NCBI GenBank assembly: GCA_051531975.1
Contig: JAOPTT010000002.1
Location: forward strand, 473,968 to 537,967
Direction of reading: 5' to 3'
From: Spirochaetaceae bacterium
GTDB lineage: Bacteria; Spirochaetota; Spirochaetia; DSM-2461
DNA: 64,000 bases
A program made the translations under genes and the position numbers. Within the stretch, counting starts at the first letter, position 1. Each line of letters starts with the position of its first letter. The notes under the pieces are model-generated. The model was given only the letters and a program-made list of their open reading frames with translations, was not told the origin of the DNA and did no database searches. This document shows positions 20,909-30,875 of this stretch, piece by piece.

Positions 20909-21817
20909 ATGTCAAAAAACTATGAAGGTGTTGCTGAAAGATTTGCAATAATCCTAAATGAATTAAATATATCAGAGAAAGTACATATAAATAGATTAGT
21001 AGAGGTTACAGGAAGTGATATTCGAAATATTCAAATGGACCTTAATCAGAGATTAAAAGACCCATTTAAAATAGAAACTGATAGAAAAGGGAATTACTGG
21101 TTAGATAAAAAATATCAGGGTTTATATACATCTGAAGAATTAAAAGAGTTTGCTAAAATTGCTGGAATATCAGAGATTTTTCCAGAATTCGATAGTAATT
21201 TCCTTAGAAGCATTATTGATAAAAATATCACCAATTCATTTTTAATTAGACCTCAGTATAAAGATAGGATATATGATAATCATAATTTCAAACTGTTAGT
21301 TGATGCAATAGATAATAGATGCAATATATATTTTAGTTACATAACTAAAAAAAGAAAAACATATGATGTTAGTCCATATAAATTAGTAAATATGTATGGG
21401 CATTGGTATCTGTGTGGAACTCATAATGGAATATTAAAAACGTATAAATTTTCAAAACTTGAGAATATCCATAAAAACAATAATAAGTTTGATTTTAAAG
21501 AATCGGTATTAAATGAGATTGAAAAGTCCGACACAATCTGGATTAGCAATAGAGATGATAGGCAAAATAAGAATATAAAAATAAGAACAAAACCGGAGTT
21601 CACACAATATTTCAAGGAAAATATAACGATACCTGGAGAAATTAATAGATCTGATGAAGAAGATGGATCATTAATTATTACTTTAGAAGCCAATGTTAGT
21701 TATGAAATATTATCTATTATCAAGTGTTGGATACCACGAATAGAAATTGTAGAACCAACTGAACTTAAAGTAGAGTTAAAAGAACAACTAACTGAGTATT
21801 TAAATGAATTAAATTAG
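20909..21817 (+). CDS. WYL-domain transcriptional regulator (wHTH-WYL-WCX)
   Basis: N-terminal HTH RNIQMDLN; VSPYKLVNMYGHWYLCG; WIPRIEIVEPTELK. Confidence 0.93.
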   Translation: MSKNYEGVAERFAIILNELNISEKVHINRLVEVTGSDIRNIQMDLNQRLKDPFKIETDRKGNYWLDKKYQGLYTSEELKEFAKIAGISEIFPEFDSNFLRSIIDKNITNSFLIRPQYKDRIYDNHNFKLLVDAIDNRCNIYFSYITKKRKTYDVSPYKLVNMYGHWYLCGTHNGILKTYKFSKLENIHKNNNKFDFKESVLNEIEKSDTIWISNRDDRQNKNIKIRTKPEFTQYFKENITIPGEINRSDEEDGSLIITLEANVSYEILSIIKCWIPRIEIVEPTELKVELKEQLTEYLNELN

Positions 21818-21862
21818 ATTAGTAAATAAGAAACAGTTCGGTTATAAATTCCTTTATAATTA

Positions 21863-21896
21863 AACTGACTGCAGTATTCATGTTCTGTAGTTAGTT
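21863..21896. terminator. Inverted repeat between convergent genes, probable terminator
   Basis: AACTGACTGCAG..CTGTAGTTAGTT; 29/34 identical to 13874-13907. Confidence 0.6.
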
Positions 21897-21938
21897 TTTA
21901 AATATTTCTACAAATTATAATGTTGCATAATTTATTCA

Positions 21939-22673
21939 TCATATCTTTTTAATAATTATAATAAGTCTATTTATATCTTTTCTTAACTCTGTAATTTCAC
22001 CTAGATTACTTATCATATCATCAACAACAATTTCATTATTATCAGGATCACTAATGCAAAACTTATTTCCTACAGTATAAAAATTCCATTGATGTAAACC
22101 ATAATAACTAGCACATTCACCTTCTTTGTAGAAATGGTTTAAATAGAAGAAATGATCAGATTTTAATACCTTTAGACACTCTTTTATAGTGTAGATAGGA
22201 TTGTAAGTATGATCTATAGAATTCCTTGCATGTACTAAATCAAAAGAGTTTTCTTGAAATAAATCAGTTAGAGACTCTCCTAATCCATATTCAGTATAGA
22301 CCGGTGGAATCAGTTTCAAGTTATCTAGTATCCTTCTATATTTTGTAGCTTGCGGATCAATAGGAATTAATACAATTGGTTTATTCATGTAAGTTTTACC
22401 TACCTTACTAATTGGTCCTGCACCTATATCTAAGACTTGAGGAGGCGTTTCGTAATCATGATTATCTAATAGTTCGACAAGATCATTTTGAAGTGGTGAA
22501 TCTTCTTTAAAATGAACCGAAAGCTTCTTTATATTCTTTACTAAGTTTAATTCATGGAACTCAGATCCAACTAACAAAATAGCTAGCTTCCACTTAATGT
22601 ACTTGCTAAGACTTGACGGTATAAGATATGGGAAAATATATTTATATAAAATCAAATAAAGTCTATTTTTCAT
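21939..22673 (-). CDS. Class I SAM-dependent methyltransferase
   Basis: VLDIGAGP; SFDLVHARNSIDH; LKVLK. Confidence 0.88.
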   Translation of the reverse strand: MKNRLYLILYKYIFPYLIPSSLSKYIKWKLAILLVGSEFHELNLVKNIKKLSVHFKEDSPLQNDLVELLDNHDYETPPQVLDIGAGPISKVGKTYMNKPIVLIPIDPQATKYRRILDNLKLIPPVYTEYGLGESLTDLFQENSFDLVHARNSIDHTYNPIYTIKECLKVLKSDHFFYLNHFYKEGECASYYGLHQWNFYTVGNKFCISDPDNNEIVVDDMISNLGEITELRKDINRLIIIIKKI

Positions 22674-22688
22674 AAATTCTCTATCATC

Positions 22689-25676
22689 CTATTTCATAGG
22701 TTTATCTAGTTGTAGTAACCTAGAAACAATATCTTTTCTTATTCTTTTATTAGCATTACTCTTTGGATTTTTTTGATCATAAAAATATAGATAATCATCA
22801 ATTTCAACAACCTTATTAGCCATCTCTACAATTGGTAACATAGTAATCATGTCTGTTGCATAAGGAGAATAAGAATCATTAAAATAGAAATAATCTTCCG
22901 GTATTTTATCAAATAGTTTTTTAGCAAAACTAAGTAGATGTGCCCAGTTATTTCCAATATCAGGCTTTCTTAAGTCGTATAGCCTTCTTTGGTATATCTT
23001 TAGTGGTTTATCAGGTCTGTACATTCCTCCTAACACCACATCGGCTCCATTCTCAAACTCTTCAGATACCTGAGTAAGTACCTCACTATTAAAAAAAGCA
23101 TCATCAGAATCTAAAATTACAATTCTTGAGTGCGGGTTAATGCATATAGTTTTTATGGCAAAAATTAAGTTTTCTAATCTACCTTTAGCAAATGAATTTC
23201 TAATTAGTGTAATATTCTTTAGTAGCGGTTGGACCTTATATAGTAAATCCTTTTGGAATTGTAAGTTCGAAGCATCATCTATTATTACAGCTCCCCAGCT
23301 TCTATATGTCTGTGATTTTAGACTGGTAAAGAATCTTTCGAAATCTATTATATTCTGATTACCACCAATCGATATAACGATTAAATCTTCTTCTCTATGA
23401 GAATAGCTCCAATCGGTAAGAGATCCTTTCAGATTCCATTCATTAAACTGTGTAGAAGGGAAGTATCCCTGCTCTACCAAATCTTGTATTTGTAAATAAC
23501 TACTTTTGTCTACTTTATGTTTATTTTCTGGATGTATGCAGTAAGTTCTAGGATCACCACCCCTTAATGACTTCCAACCTGTTTCATTTTGAAATTTCTC
23601 GATAGACCTATGCCACATAAGTTTTAACAAATCACCATCCATACTATTTGGTAATGGTCTTATACTTTTTAATTTATCTAGATCTATTAGACAGAGAGGA
23701 ATATCAGGGGCATACTCCCCTTCTTCTGCAAAATAGGAAACAATAGGATCATCAATGTATTTAGCTGTATTAAGTCCACAACTTATAGTGTTACTCTCCT
23801 GTAAAGCTGATCTCATAGGTCCTAAATAGTCAATCCACTCTTCAGAACGGAAAACTAGCATATCTACATCCACTTGTAAAAGAAAAGATGTCCTTATATT
23901 GTCAAATGCCCATAACTGAGAAAATAGAGGTGCATTTGAACTTGTATGAGTTTTAGTTGAGTCTAAACAATACCAATTAATATATGTTTCAGCTATCTTT
24001 GTATTATCATCATTAGGTGCAATAATATATTCATCTATTATCTGCATAGATTTAAGTCTTTCTAAGGTATCTAATAAGTACGAATAATTCCCATCTCTAT
24101 ACTGTCTTAGAAAGTTGTTTTTTTTGGGATCGACCAAAACTATAATTGATTGAAAATTATGTCTTCTTCCTAATTGATTAGTTAAATGAACAATTTGATT
24201 TTCTACTAGATGACTATCCATAGCACATGTTTTTATTAAAAAAGTTGTATCAAGATAGTCATAAATGGCCTTAGTTGATGGACATTCATTCGAACTGATA
24301 TTATCCTTAAAAATTAAATCTAAAGTACTTCTATAAAAATCTTCAAAACCATAAATACATTTCAATTCTGTCTCATCATTTCTAAAAATATGAGTACGAA
24401 CCTTTAAAGTAAAATCATCATCTTCCAGGATAAACAGTTGATATAACCTTGCGCACATATCCCTAAAATATTTCATTTTGAAATTATTGATATCTAATCC
24501 TAAATCAATATAGATTAAATCCCCATTATCAGTAACTCTTATATTTTTATATGCGATATTATGGCAAACAACTCTGGCTTCATAACAATTTTTAATAAAT
24601 TCAGTAACTTTTATATTGGATATATTAGTAACTGTCTTAGTATTTATATAATCATAACTAATAGTTTGAGATCTATTATCCGCAGAAATATTAGGATAGA
24701 AGTGATCAAGTTTTTTATATAAATCTATCCTACTAGTTATGAAGTTAAATGAATCTCTTTTATATATTTTTTTTGTGACTCTTCCACACTCATAAGAAAC
24801 TATACCTTCACAACCCCATCCTAAGATGATCTTATCAGACTTAGGGATACTGCCATTAATCCAATATTTAGCAGATTTCATCAGCTTAGTTCTAATATCT
24901 TTATATAAATTATTACATCTGTTACTTGTTGTTATATCACCATTTAGGGTGTAATTAGAATAAATAACATCATCTAATAGAAGACCATATTTTTTATAGT
25001 TTATTAAAAGAAAAGCTAATAGGAAGTGATCTTCAGCACTGGCGATATCAGGATATAATAAACCTAAATCTCTATGAAGCCATAAATTGCATGAACATAA
25101 CTCAGCCTCACATTTTAGAATCCTCATATCATCTAACCTATTTAATAAATATTTATCATCTGTTAGATCTTGTATTGCCATGTTAGGAATTTCCAGAACC
25201 TTACCATTAATATTTTGCACATTCCCTGAAAGCACCCAGTAAATATTTCCTTTATTACGATTAATATGTTTGTAACAATTTTCTATTGAGTTCTCATCAT
25301 ACAAAGTATCATCTGAGTCTAATCTTGAGAACCAAATAGCATCTGGGAAAAACTCTTTAGATTTCTCTAAAAGATTATTTCTAACATTAAATACAGAATC
25401 AAAAACTCCACTTAAAATTACAACTTTAGAATTTGGTAATAGGTCAGCTATACAATCCTTCCAATTATCAGTTGAATCATCATCTGCAATAAGTAAGGCT
25501 ATATGTTTAGTGGAGATTTGATTTAATACTGACAATATTGAGTTTCGAACTGTTTTTATGGAGTTATGAACTGCCATGCATACTACGTGATCAGCATTAA
25601 AAACTCTACTATCACTCCATTCTAATAATCCTTTACAAGAAGAGTTTGAAGAAATCAAAATATCTCTACTTCTCAC
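22689..25676 (-). CDS. Multidomain protein: GT2 - kinase-like - GT-A-like - GT2
   Basis: N-terminal MAVHN..IADDDSTD..RLDSDD; LGWGCEGIV..HNIAYKNI..IYIDLG; central LQVDVD; C-terminal IIDDAS..ILDSDD. Confidence 0.78.
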   Translation of the reverse strand: MRSRDILISSNSSCKGLLEWSDSRVFNADHVVCMAVHNSIKTVRNSILSVLNQISTKHIALLIADDDSTDNWKDCIADLLPNSKVVILSGVFDSVFNVRNNLLEKSKEFFPDAIWFSRLDSDDTLYDENSIENCYKHINRNKGNIYWVLSGNVQNINGKVLEIPNMAIQDLTDDKYLLNRLDDMRILKCEAELCSCNLWLHRDLGLLYPDIASAEDHFLLAFLLINYKKYGLLLDDVIYSNYTLNGDITTSNRCNNLYKDIRTKLMKSAKYWINGSIPKSDKIILGWGCEGIVSYECGRVTKKIYKRDSFNFITSRIDLYKKLDHFYPNISADNRSQTISYDYINTKTVTNISNIKVTEFIKNCYEARVVCHNIAYKNIRVTDNGDLIYIDLGLDINNFKMKYFRDMCARLYQLFILEDDDFTLKVRTHIFRNDETELKCIYGFEDFYRSTLDLIFKDNISSNECPSTKAIYDYLDTTFLIKTCAMDSHLVENQIVHLTNQLGRRHNFQSIIVLVDPKKNNFLRQYRDGNYSYLLDTLERLKSMQIIDEYIIAPNDDNTKIAETYINWYCLDSTKTHTSSNAPLFSQLWAFDNIRTSFLLQVDVDMLVFRSEEWIDYLGPMRSALQESNTISCGLNTAKYIDDPIVSYFAEEGEYAPDIPLCLIDLDKLKSIRPLPNSMDGDLLKLMWHRSIEKFQNETGWKSLRGGDPRTYCIHPENKHKVDKSSYLQIQDLVEQGYFPSTQFNEWNLKGSLTDWSYSHREEDLIVISIGGNQNIIDFERFFTSLKSQTYRSWGAVIIDDASNLQFQKDLLYKVQPLLKNITLIRNSFAKGRLENLIFAIKTICINPHSRIVILDSDDAFFNSEVLTQVSEEFENGADVVLGGMYRPDKPLKIYQRRLYDLRKPDIGNNWAHLLSFAKKLFDKIPEDYFYFNDSYSPYATDMITMLPIVEMANKVVEIDDYLYFYDQKNPKSNANKRIRKDIVSRLLQLDKPMK

Positions 25677-27342
25677 AAACTTCTCCTTTTGAATATAGAT
25701 ACTTCCAAGTTTTTGATATAACTCTTTTATTCTTAGTTAAGCTAAGTTGTTTGGGTATATATTCTTGATTATTGAATTTTCCACAATATTTACAAAACTT
25801 ATTTAATAAATCTTCCATATTATCATCTGGTTTGGGAAGTTTTACTCTACCATAACTCCAATCAAAGAAACGATCGATACTACCTGACACAGCACAAGGA
25901 TAATACCTACCATTTGGAGACAATCCTAGACCGCAATAGTGAATATTTGAGCAACCATTTCTGTAGTTATGTAAGTGATGTGAAATTTTGTCCTTTGGAG
26001 CATCGTTAAAATTATAGAAATGATTTGTTTGCTTCATATGTTTTTTAGAATTTTCAATAAAGAAATATTTAGGAGTACTTAATAATTTCCTTTCAACATC
26101 ATTACCACTACCATTAGTAACAATGTCAATCTGAGTTGATGGGTATTTTAGCTTGTATTCTGTTAATATATCTAATACCTCAAAGTATTTTGAATGCAGA
26201 GTAGGTTCTCCCCCAAGGATACGAATTCTCTCCCAGACTCTATTATGCGTTATTGAGTCATGGACAAAATTTCTTAAAACCTGGGTATTCATCTCTATAA
26301 AAGATTTAATTTCATCACATGACCTATTACAACTAGTACAACTTAAATTGCAGTTATATGTAATATCAATTTCAATCTGTTTATGATTAACACTATATTT
26401 TCTTGGTACTAAAACATTGAGTTTAGATACTCTTATTTTAGACATAAAGTTCAGTGATCTATATTTTAAGTAATTTAATAGTTTTGATTTATTAGAGTTA
26501 TTTTTTATTGGAAAATAATCTTCTACATCAGAATTAATTGCTTCTAAAAAGAATAAAGCTCTTGGTACTAGAAACTTATCTTCAGCTCTATCCAAAAACC
26601 CCTGTTTTATCTCTTCACTCATTTTGGAGTTATGTTTTCTCCAAAATTGTAACAACCCAGCTTTCTTAGAAGGACTACCTTTTGTTGTTAATACAGTCCT
26701 ACCTGAATCAATTCTATAAAACATTGTTCTAACTCTAGTAACAGTACCTGAAAAGTTTTTATGTGAAATTGATCGTACTGCTAAGTCCCGATCATGTGTT
26801 GAAACTTGTTTCTCATCAAAACTTCCAACTTCTTTTAGAAAACTTAACTTCATGAATGTATTTGAACCCTGCCATCCAGGATTACCTTTTAAGAAATCGT
26901 TTACATCAATGTTTTGAACAATATTTTGACAACAACTAAAATTATCTTTAGTAACTTCAGTTCCACTAATAACTGTATTTATATCACTCTTTATATGACT
27001 TTCACATATGCTAATATGGTTATTGGTCCACTCATCATCATCATCTAAAATAGCAACCCAACCAGTTTCATCCATAAAATATAAAAAATCAATTCCAGTA
27101 TTCCAGTTTCCTGCCGCTCCAGGTGTATGAGAATTTTCTAAGTAAGTAATATTGAAATCAGAAAGCTCTTCTTGAAAAATCCTCTTATTAGCTGATTTAA
27201 CATCTTGATCAGTAGAATCATCTACTAAGACTACATAATCCGGTCTTCTATCTTGATTCAAAACTGATTTTAATGACCTATTTTTTAATAGTTCAGTTCT
27301 ATTAAATGTAGTTATTAAAACGTAGATCTTTTGTTTGTACAT
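25666..27342 (-). CDS. GT2 glycosyltransferase - radical SAM fusion
   Basis: ITTFNR..LVDDS..AILDDDD..HDRDL; then CNLSCTSC (CxxxCxxC), GGEPTLH, VTNG and a C-terminal Cys cluster (YPC..CKYC). Confidence 0.88.
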   Translation of the reverse strand: MYKQKIYVLITTFNRTELLKNRSLKSVLNQDRRPDYVVLVDDSTDQDVKSANKRIFQEELSDFNITYLENSHTPGAAGNWNTGIDFLYFMDETGWVAILDDDDEWTNNHISICESHIKSDINTVISGTEVTKDNFSCCQNIVQNIDVNDFLKGNPGWQGSNTFMKLSFLKEVGSFDEKQVSTHDRDLAVRSISHKNFSGTVTRVRTMFYRIDSGRTVLTTKGSPSKKAGLLQFWRKHNSKMSEEIKQGFLDRAEDKFLVPRALFFLEAINSDVEDYFPIKNNSNKSKLLNYLKYRSLNFMSKIRVSKLNVLVPRKYSVNHKQIEIDITYNCNLSCTSCNRSCDEIKSFIEMNTQVLRNFVHDSITHNRVWERIRILGGEPTLHSKYFEVLDILTEYKLKYPSTQIDIVTNGSGNDVERKLLSTPKYFFIENSKKHMKQTNHFYNFNDAPKDKISHHLHNYRNGCSNIHYCGLGLSPNGRYYPCAVSGSIDRFFDWSYGRVKLPKPDDNMEDLLNKFCKYCGKFNNQEYIPKQLSLTKNKRVISKTWKYLYSKGEVCEK

Positions 27343-27351
27343 TTTTTCCTT

Positions 27352-27966
27352 TTAGCTTTCTTGTTTTATTTTTTTTAAAAATGAATATCTTATTAGATAT
27401 AAAAATGGAGTTAATAGTATTGCAAGACTAAATTTGATAATTATCTGCCCCATTATCATTGGTAATATGTTAATAGAAGAATAAAAAGCAATAAAAATAA
27501 ATAATATTGAGTCTATAATCTGTGAAATAGTAGTAGAACCTATCGATCTCAACCATAGATATTTGTTGTTAGTGAGTCTTTTAAAGAAATGAAACAACCA
27601 AACATCATTATATTGTGAAACGATGTATGCAATTACAGAAGCTATAATTATTCTACTATTAGTACCTATAAATGAATCAAAAATTTCATGATCATTCCAA
27701 AATGGTGCTGCTGGTAGTACTCTACTAACATGAGATAGTACCATACTGACAAGTAAGACAATAAATCCCATTTGTACAACAGATTTTGAAACCTTAGTCC
27801 CATATATTTCTGATATAACATCAGTTATTAAGTAAGTTATAGAGTATGCAATAATACCTGCGGGAGCATAGAAACCTGCTATATCAATTGTTTTATATGC
27901 TATAAAAGATGCTGTTATTAATGATGCTGAAAATATACCAGTCAAGTAAAGAAGTTTTCCATCCAA
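27352..27966 (-). CDS. Queuosine precursor transporter (VUT/YhhQ/QPTR family)
   Basis: TDVISEIYG, RIIIAS..AYIVSQYND, WLRSIGSTTISQIIDS; TTG start with a GGAG RBS. Confidence 0.92.
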   Translation of the reverse strand: MDGKLLYLTGIFSASLITASFIAYKTIDIAGFYAPAGIIAYSITYLITDVISEIYGTKVSKSVVQMGFIVLLVSMVLSHVSRVLPAAPFWNDHEIFDSFIGTNSRIIIASVIAYIVSQYNDVWLFHFFKRLTNNKYLWLRSIGSTTISQIIDSILFIFIAFYSSINILPMIMGQIIIKFSLAILLTPFLYLIRYSFLKKIKQES

Positions 27967-28136
27967 TTTTTATATCTCCATTTTAAATAATAATTTATCG
28001 TATAATAAATGTAGAAAATCGTCAAATTGAAAGTTCACTATTTTTTTTTGAATATTGTAATAGATATCAAAGTAACAATAATTTTTTAGCTTTAAGATAT
28101 TATATTTTAAGAATATGGCTATCACAAAAATACTAA

Positions 28137-29114
28137 CTATTTCTTAGAAACATTCTGTCCCTTAATTTTTACCAAACCACGCTTTTCAGCAGCCTCAACT
28201 AACTTTTTTATCTTAGAATATCCATATGAACCTATATTAATTTTATTGTCTTTCAATTTTTGAGCTAGTAAAGAAAAATTTACACAATCTTTATTCGATT
28301 TAGCTAGAAGAGAATTCAAATGTTTAATTACTAATTTAAAAATAACAGGAATTGTTTCTACATTTTTTCCTATTTGAATAATATGACCCTTATCTTCACT
28401 AATTAATTTAATATCACTATATCTTTTCGTTAATTCAATGATTAAACTCTTCCATGTTTTATGATTAAGATCTTTCTCATTAAAATTTTCATTTAATAAT
28501 TTAACCCTTACTTTTACTGCACCCAATAAAGGTTTTTTATTTTTTTGTAACAACATTGCTACAGATTCTCGAACATTTTCAGCGGCTATATCATATGTTA
28601 ATTTTACATTATCACTATTATCTTGTCCCAGACTATCTTCTTCATTATTATTATCATAATCATCAGGGATGAGATCTCTATAATCTTTGTATGTATCTGC
28701 TAATTGTAATAAATCTTCACTTGCTGATTGAGAATCACAAATAATAACAATCTCTTTACCATGCTTTCTAAGTGTTATCAGCAGATGTCTAAAATCAACA
28801 TCTCCAGTTACTATAATAAATTTAGTTATATGAGGATACAAAAATAAAACTTCTATGGCATTTGAAACTAATTTATGATCGCTACTATTTTTTTTAGCAT
28901 TTGGAACATGAATCATTTCAAATGATTTATCAGCTAAAATTTCTGTTGTTTTTGAAACTTGTGATTTTGTCCAGTCAGCAAAAGCCGTTGCTAGTGTTAA
29001 CTTACCCATTTCACTGACATAATCTAATAAACCATGAACAAAGTCAGAATCAGTACTTGGTGTTACATTTTCAACATCCCAAAATATCGCAATGTTATCT
29101 AATTTCTCTTTCAT
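28137..29114 (-). CDS. NYN-domain ribonuclease with C-terminal OST-HTH/LOTUS domains
   Basis: AIFWDVENV, KNSSD, IVTGDVDF; YGYSKIKKLV. Confidence 0.9.
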   Translation of the reverse strand: MKEKLDNIAIFWDVENVTPSTDSDFVHGLLDYVSEMGKLTLATAFADWTKSQVSKTTEILADKSFEMIHVPNAKKNSSDHKLVSNAIEVLFLYPHITKFIIVTGDVDFRHLLITLRKHGKEIVIICDSQSASEDLLQLADTYKDYRDLIPDDYDNNNEEDSLGQDNSDNVKLTYDIAAENVRESVAMLLQKNKKPLLGAVKVRVKLLNENFNEKDLNHKTWKSLIIELTKRYSDIKLISEDKGHIIQIGKNVETIPVIFKLVIKHLNSLLAKSNKDCVNFSLLAQKLKDNKINIGSYGYSKIKKLVEAAEKRGLVKIKGQNVSKK

Positions 29115-29150
29115 AAATACTCCAACCTCATATTGCCTAATTAGTGATAA

Positions 29151-30857
29151 TTATAGATATACTATATTGTTTTGATTTAAATAATCTATAAACTGATCGG
29201 AGGTTGTAAATGGGAGATTAATCTGAAGGGATGAACTTATTTCATCTATATTAATATTTAATTCTGTATAATCTTTCTCCATAACAGCTTTATTTATTGA
29301 ATTACTGATACTTTTATATCTAAGTTGATTTTCAGCTAATTTTTTTAATGCAGTAGTATTAAATGAAGCTGTATTACTTTGAATCTCTTTTATTCTGTTA
29401 TTGAAAATTTCTTGTATTTTATTATGTCTTTTTTCTGCTTTAACACTAAAGAAATCCATGGAATCAAAGAAATATAGAAGTAAAGCTGTAATTAATGCCG
29501 TCAAAATAGATGACAAAATAATTGATAAAGGTTCAGTAATGCCTACTTTATTTAGTAATGCTTCAACTCCAACTCCAATTAAAAGAGAAGAAGAAGCAGC
29601 AATTAACTTTAATATAGCATCACCTTTTTTAGCTTTTGATAATTGACTATTAGGTTGTTTTAGGATTTTAAAAGCCTGACTAATTATTTTAAATCCTTCT
29701 TTAATTAATCGGACAACTTGTTTGAGCATACCAACTAAACAACTAATTATTGCACTAATGATACTTTTTATTATATTTTTTATGAAGTTTAAAACTTCCC
29801 CTTTCAAGAAAACTTCAGCTTCTATTAATACAAAATCTTTTACTCTTGAGAATCTATAAACTAAAGCATCAACCTTAGATGATAACCCTACACCATATTC
29901 TAATCCATTTTTAAAGCAATCATTCACCTCATAAAATAAAGGTTTAATCATAAATAAAACGACATTACCTAATGCAGCATCTTTAGAAGCTGATTTTGCA
30001 TTTTTTAGTAATACGCTTTGAGACTCTTTATCATTTATAACATTTTTTAATACAGCTTTATTCATATTATTATTTAGTTGTTTTTGAGCATTTTTTCCAA
30101 GTTTAATCATATTATTTTTATCATTATTATTAAGGTGTGCTGCTTTATCATCATTTTTAACATAATCTTTATTAGTATCATCTCTTTTTTCATTATTAGT
30201 TTGCCTACTAGTTACAGCCAGATTATATTCAGAATTTGCTATCTCTTTAATATCGTTTTCACTTAAGAGATAATTACCTTGTGTTTGGTTGAATAAATCT
30301 TTTAGTGGAACAATATGATCACTCTCAGCAGAATTGTTCACTGAAGCATTATGTTCTCTAGATAAAACTCTTCCAATCTCATATTCATCATTTATATTAC
30401 CATCTTTAGATTTATTATTCTTATAATTATCCATTTTATGTTTATTTTCATAATCTTTTCTTATATATTCGGAACGTTCAGTTTCTGTAAATTCTTTATT
30501 AAAATCACGTTGATTAATTTCTTCAGAATAGCTATCTAGAGAAGTAGTTATATTCCCTGATTTACTGTAAGTAAAGTTTTCACATTCATTTAATATCCTC
30601 GATGCTGTTACACCACTTTTCCCTCCAAGTTTGAATGCCCTAATCACACCATCAGCTAAACCTAAGAAAGTAGGTTTAACAACTGATTCTGTTATACTAC
30701 CACCATCTTTTTCAAATTCCGCATATACTTCTTCAATTATAGTTTGTGCCTCTTTCATGTCATGTAATTCACTTTCAATTAATAAAGATCCTAACTCTAG
30801 AGGTGAAGATGTTTCTATATCATGTTTTAATTTATCTATATCTATAATATTTTCCAT
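29151..30857 (-). CDS. Hypothetical protein with an HNH-like nuclease motif and C-terminal TM helices
   Basis: ESDHIVPLK..NLAVTSRQTNNEK; hydrophobic segments at about aa 360-380 and 415-465. Confidence 0.65.
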   Translation of the reverse strand: MENIIDIDKLKHDIETSSPLELGSLLIESELHDMKEAQTIIEEVYAEFEKDGGSITESVVKPTFLGLADGVIRAFKLGGKSGVTASRILNECENFTYSKSGNITTSLDSYSEEINQRDFNKEFTETERSEYIRKDYENKHKMDNYKNNKSKDGNINDEYEIGRVLSREHNASVNNSAESDHIVPLKDLFNQTQGNYLLSENDIKEIANSEYNLAVTSRQTNNEKRDDTNKDYVKNDDKAAHLNNNDKNNMIKLGKNAQKQLNNNMNKAVLKNVINDKESQSVLLKNAKSASKDAALGNVVLFMIKPLFYEVNDCFKNGLEYGVGLSSKVDALVYRFSRVKDFVLIEAEVFLKGEVLNFIKNIIKSIISAIISCLVGMLKQVVRLIKEGFKIISQAFKILKQPNSQLSKAKKGDAILKLIAASSSLLIGVGVEALLNKVGITEPLSIILSSILTALITALLLYFFDSMDFFSVKAEKRHNKIQEIFNNRIKEIQSNTASFNTTALKKLAENQLRYKSISNSINKAVMEKDYTELNINIDEISSSLQINLPFTTSDQFIDYLNQNNIVYL

Positions 30858-30875
30858 TGATTATCCTTATCAAGT

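Noticed and set aside
21939..27966. Dpd (7-deazaguanine DNA modification) or Que biosynthesis cluster
   Set aside because: No DpdA/TGT, QueC, QueD or FolE is recognisable; the radical SAM domain is fused to GT2 rather than being a stand-alone QueE.
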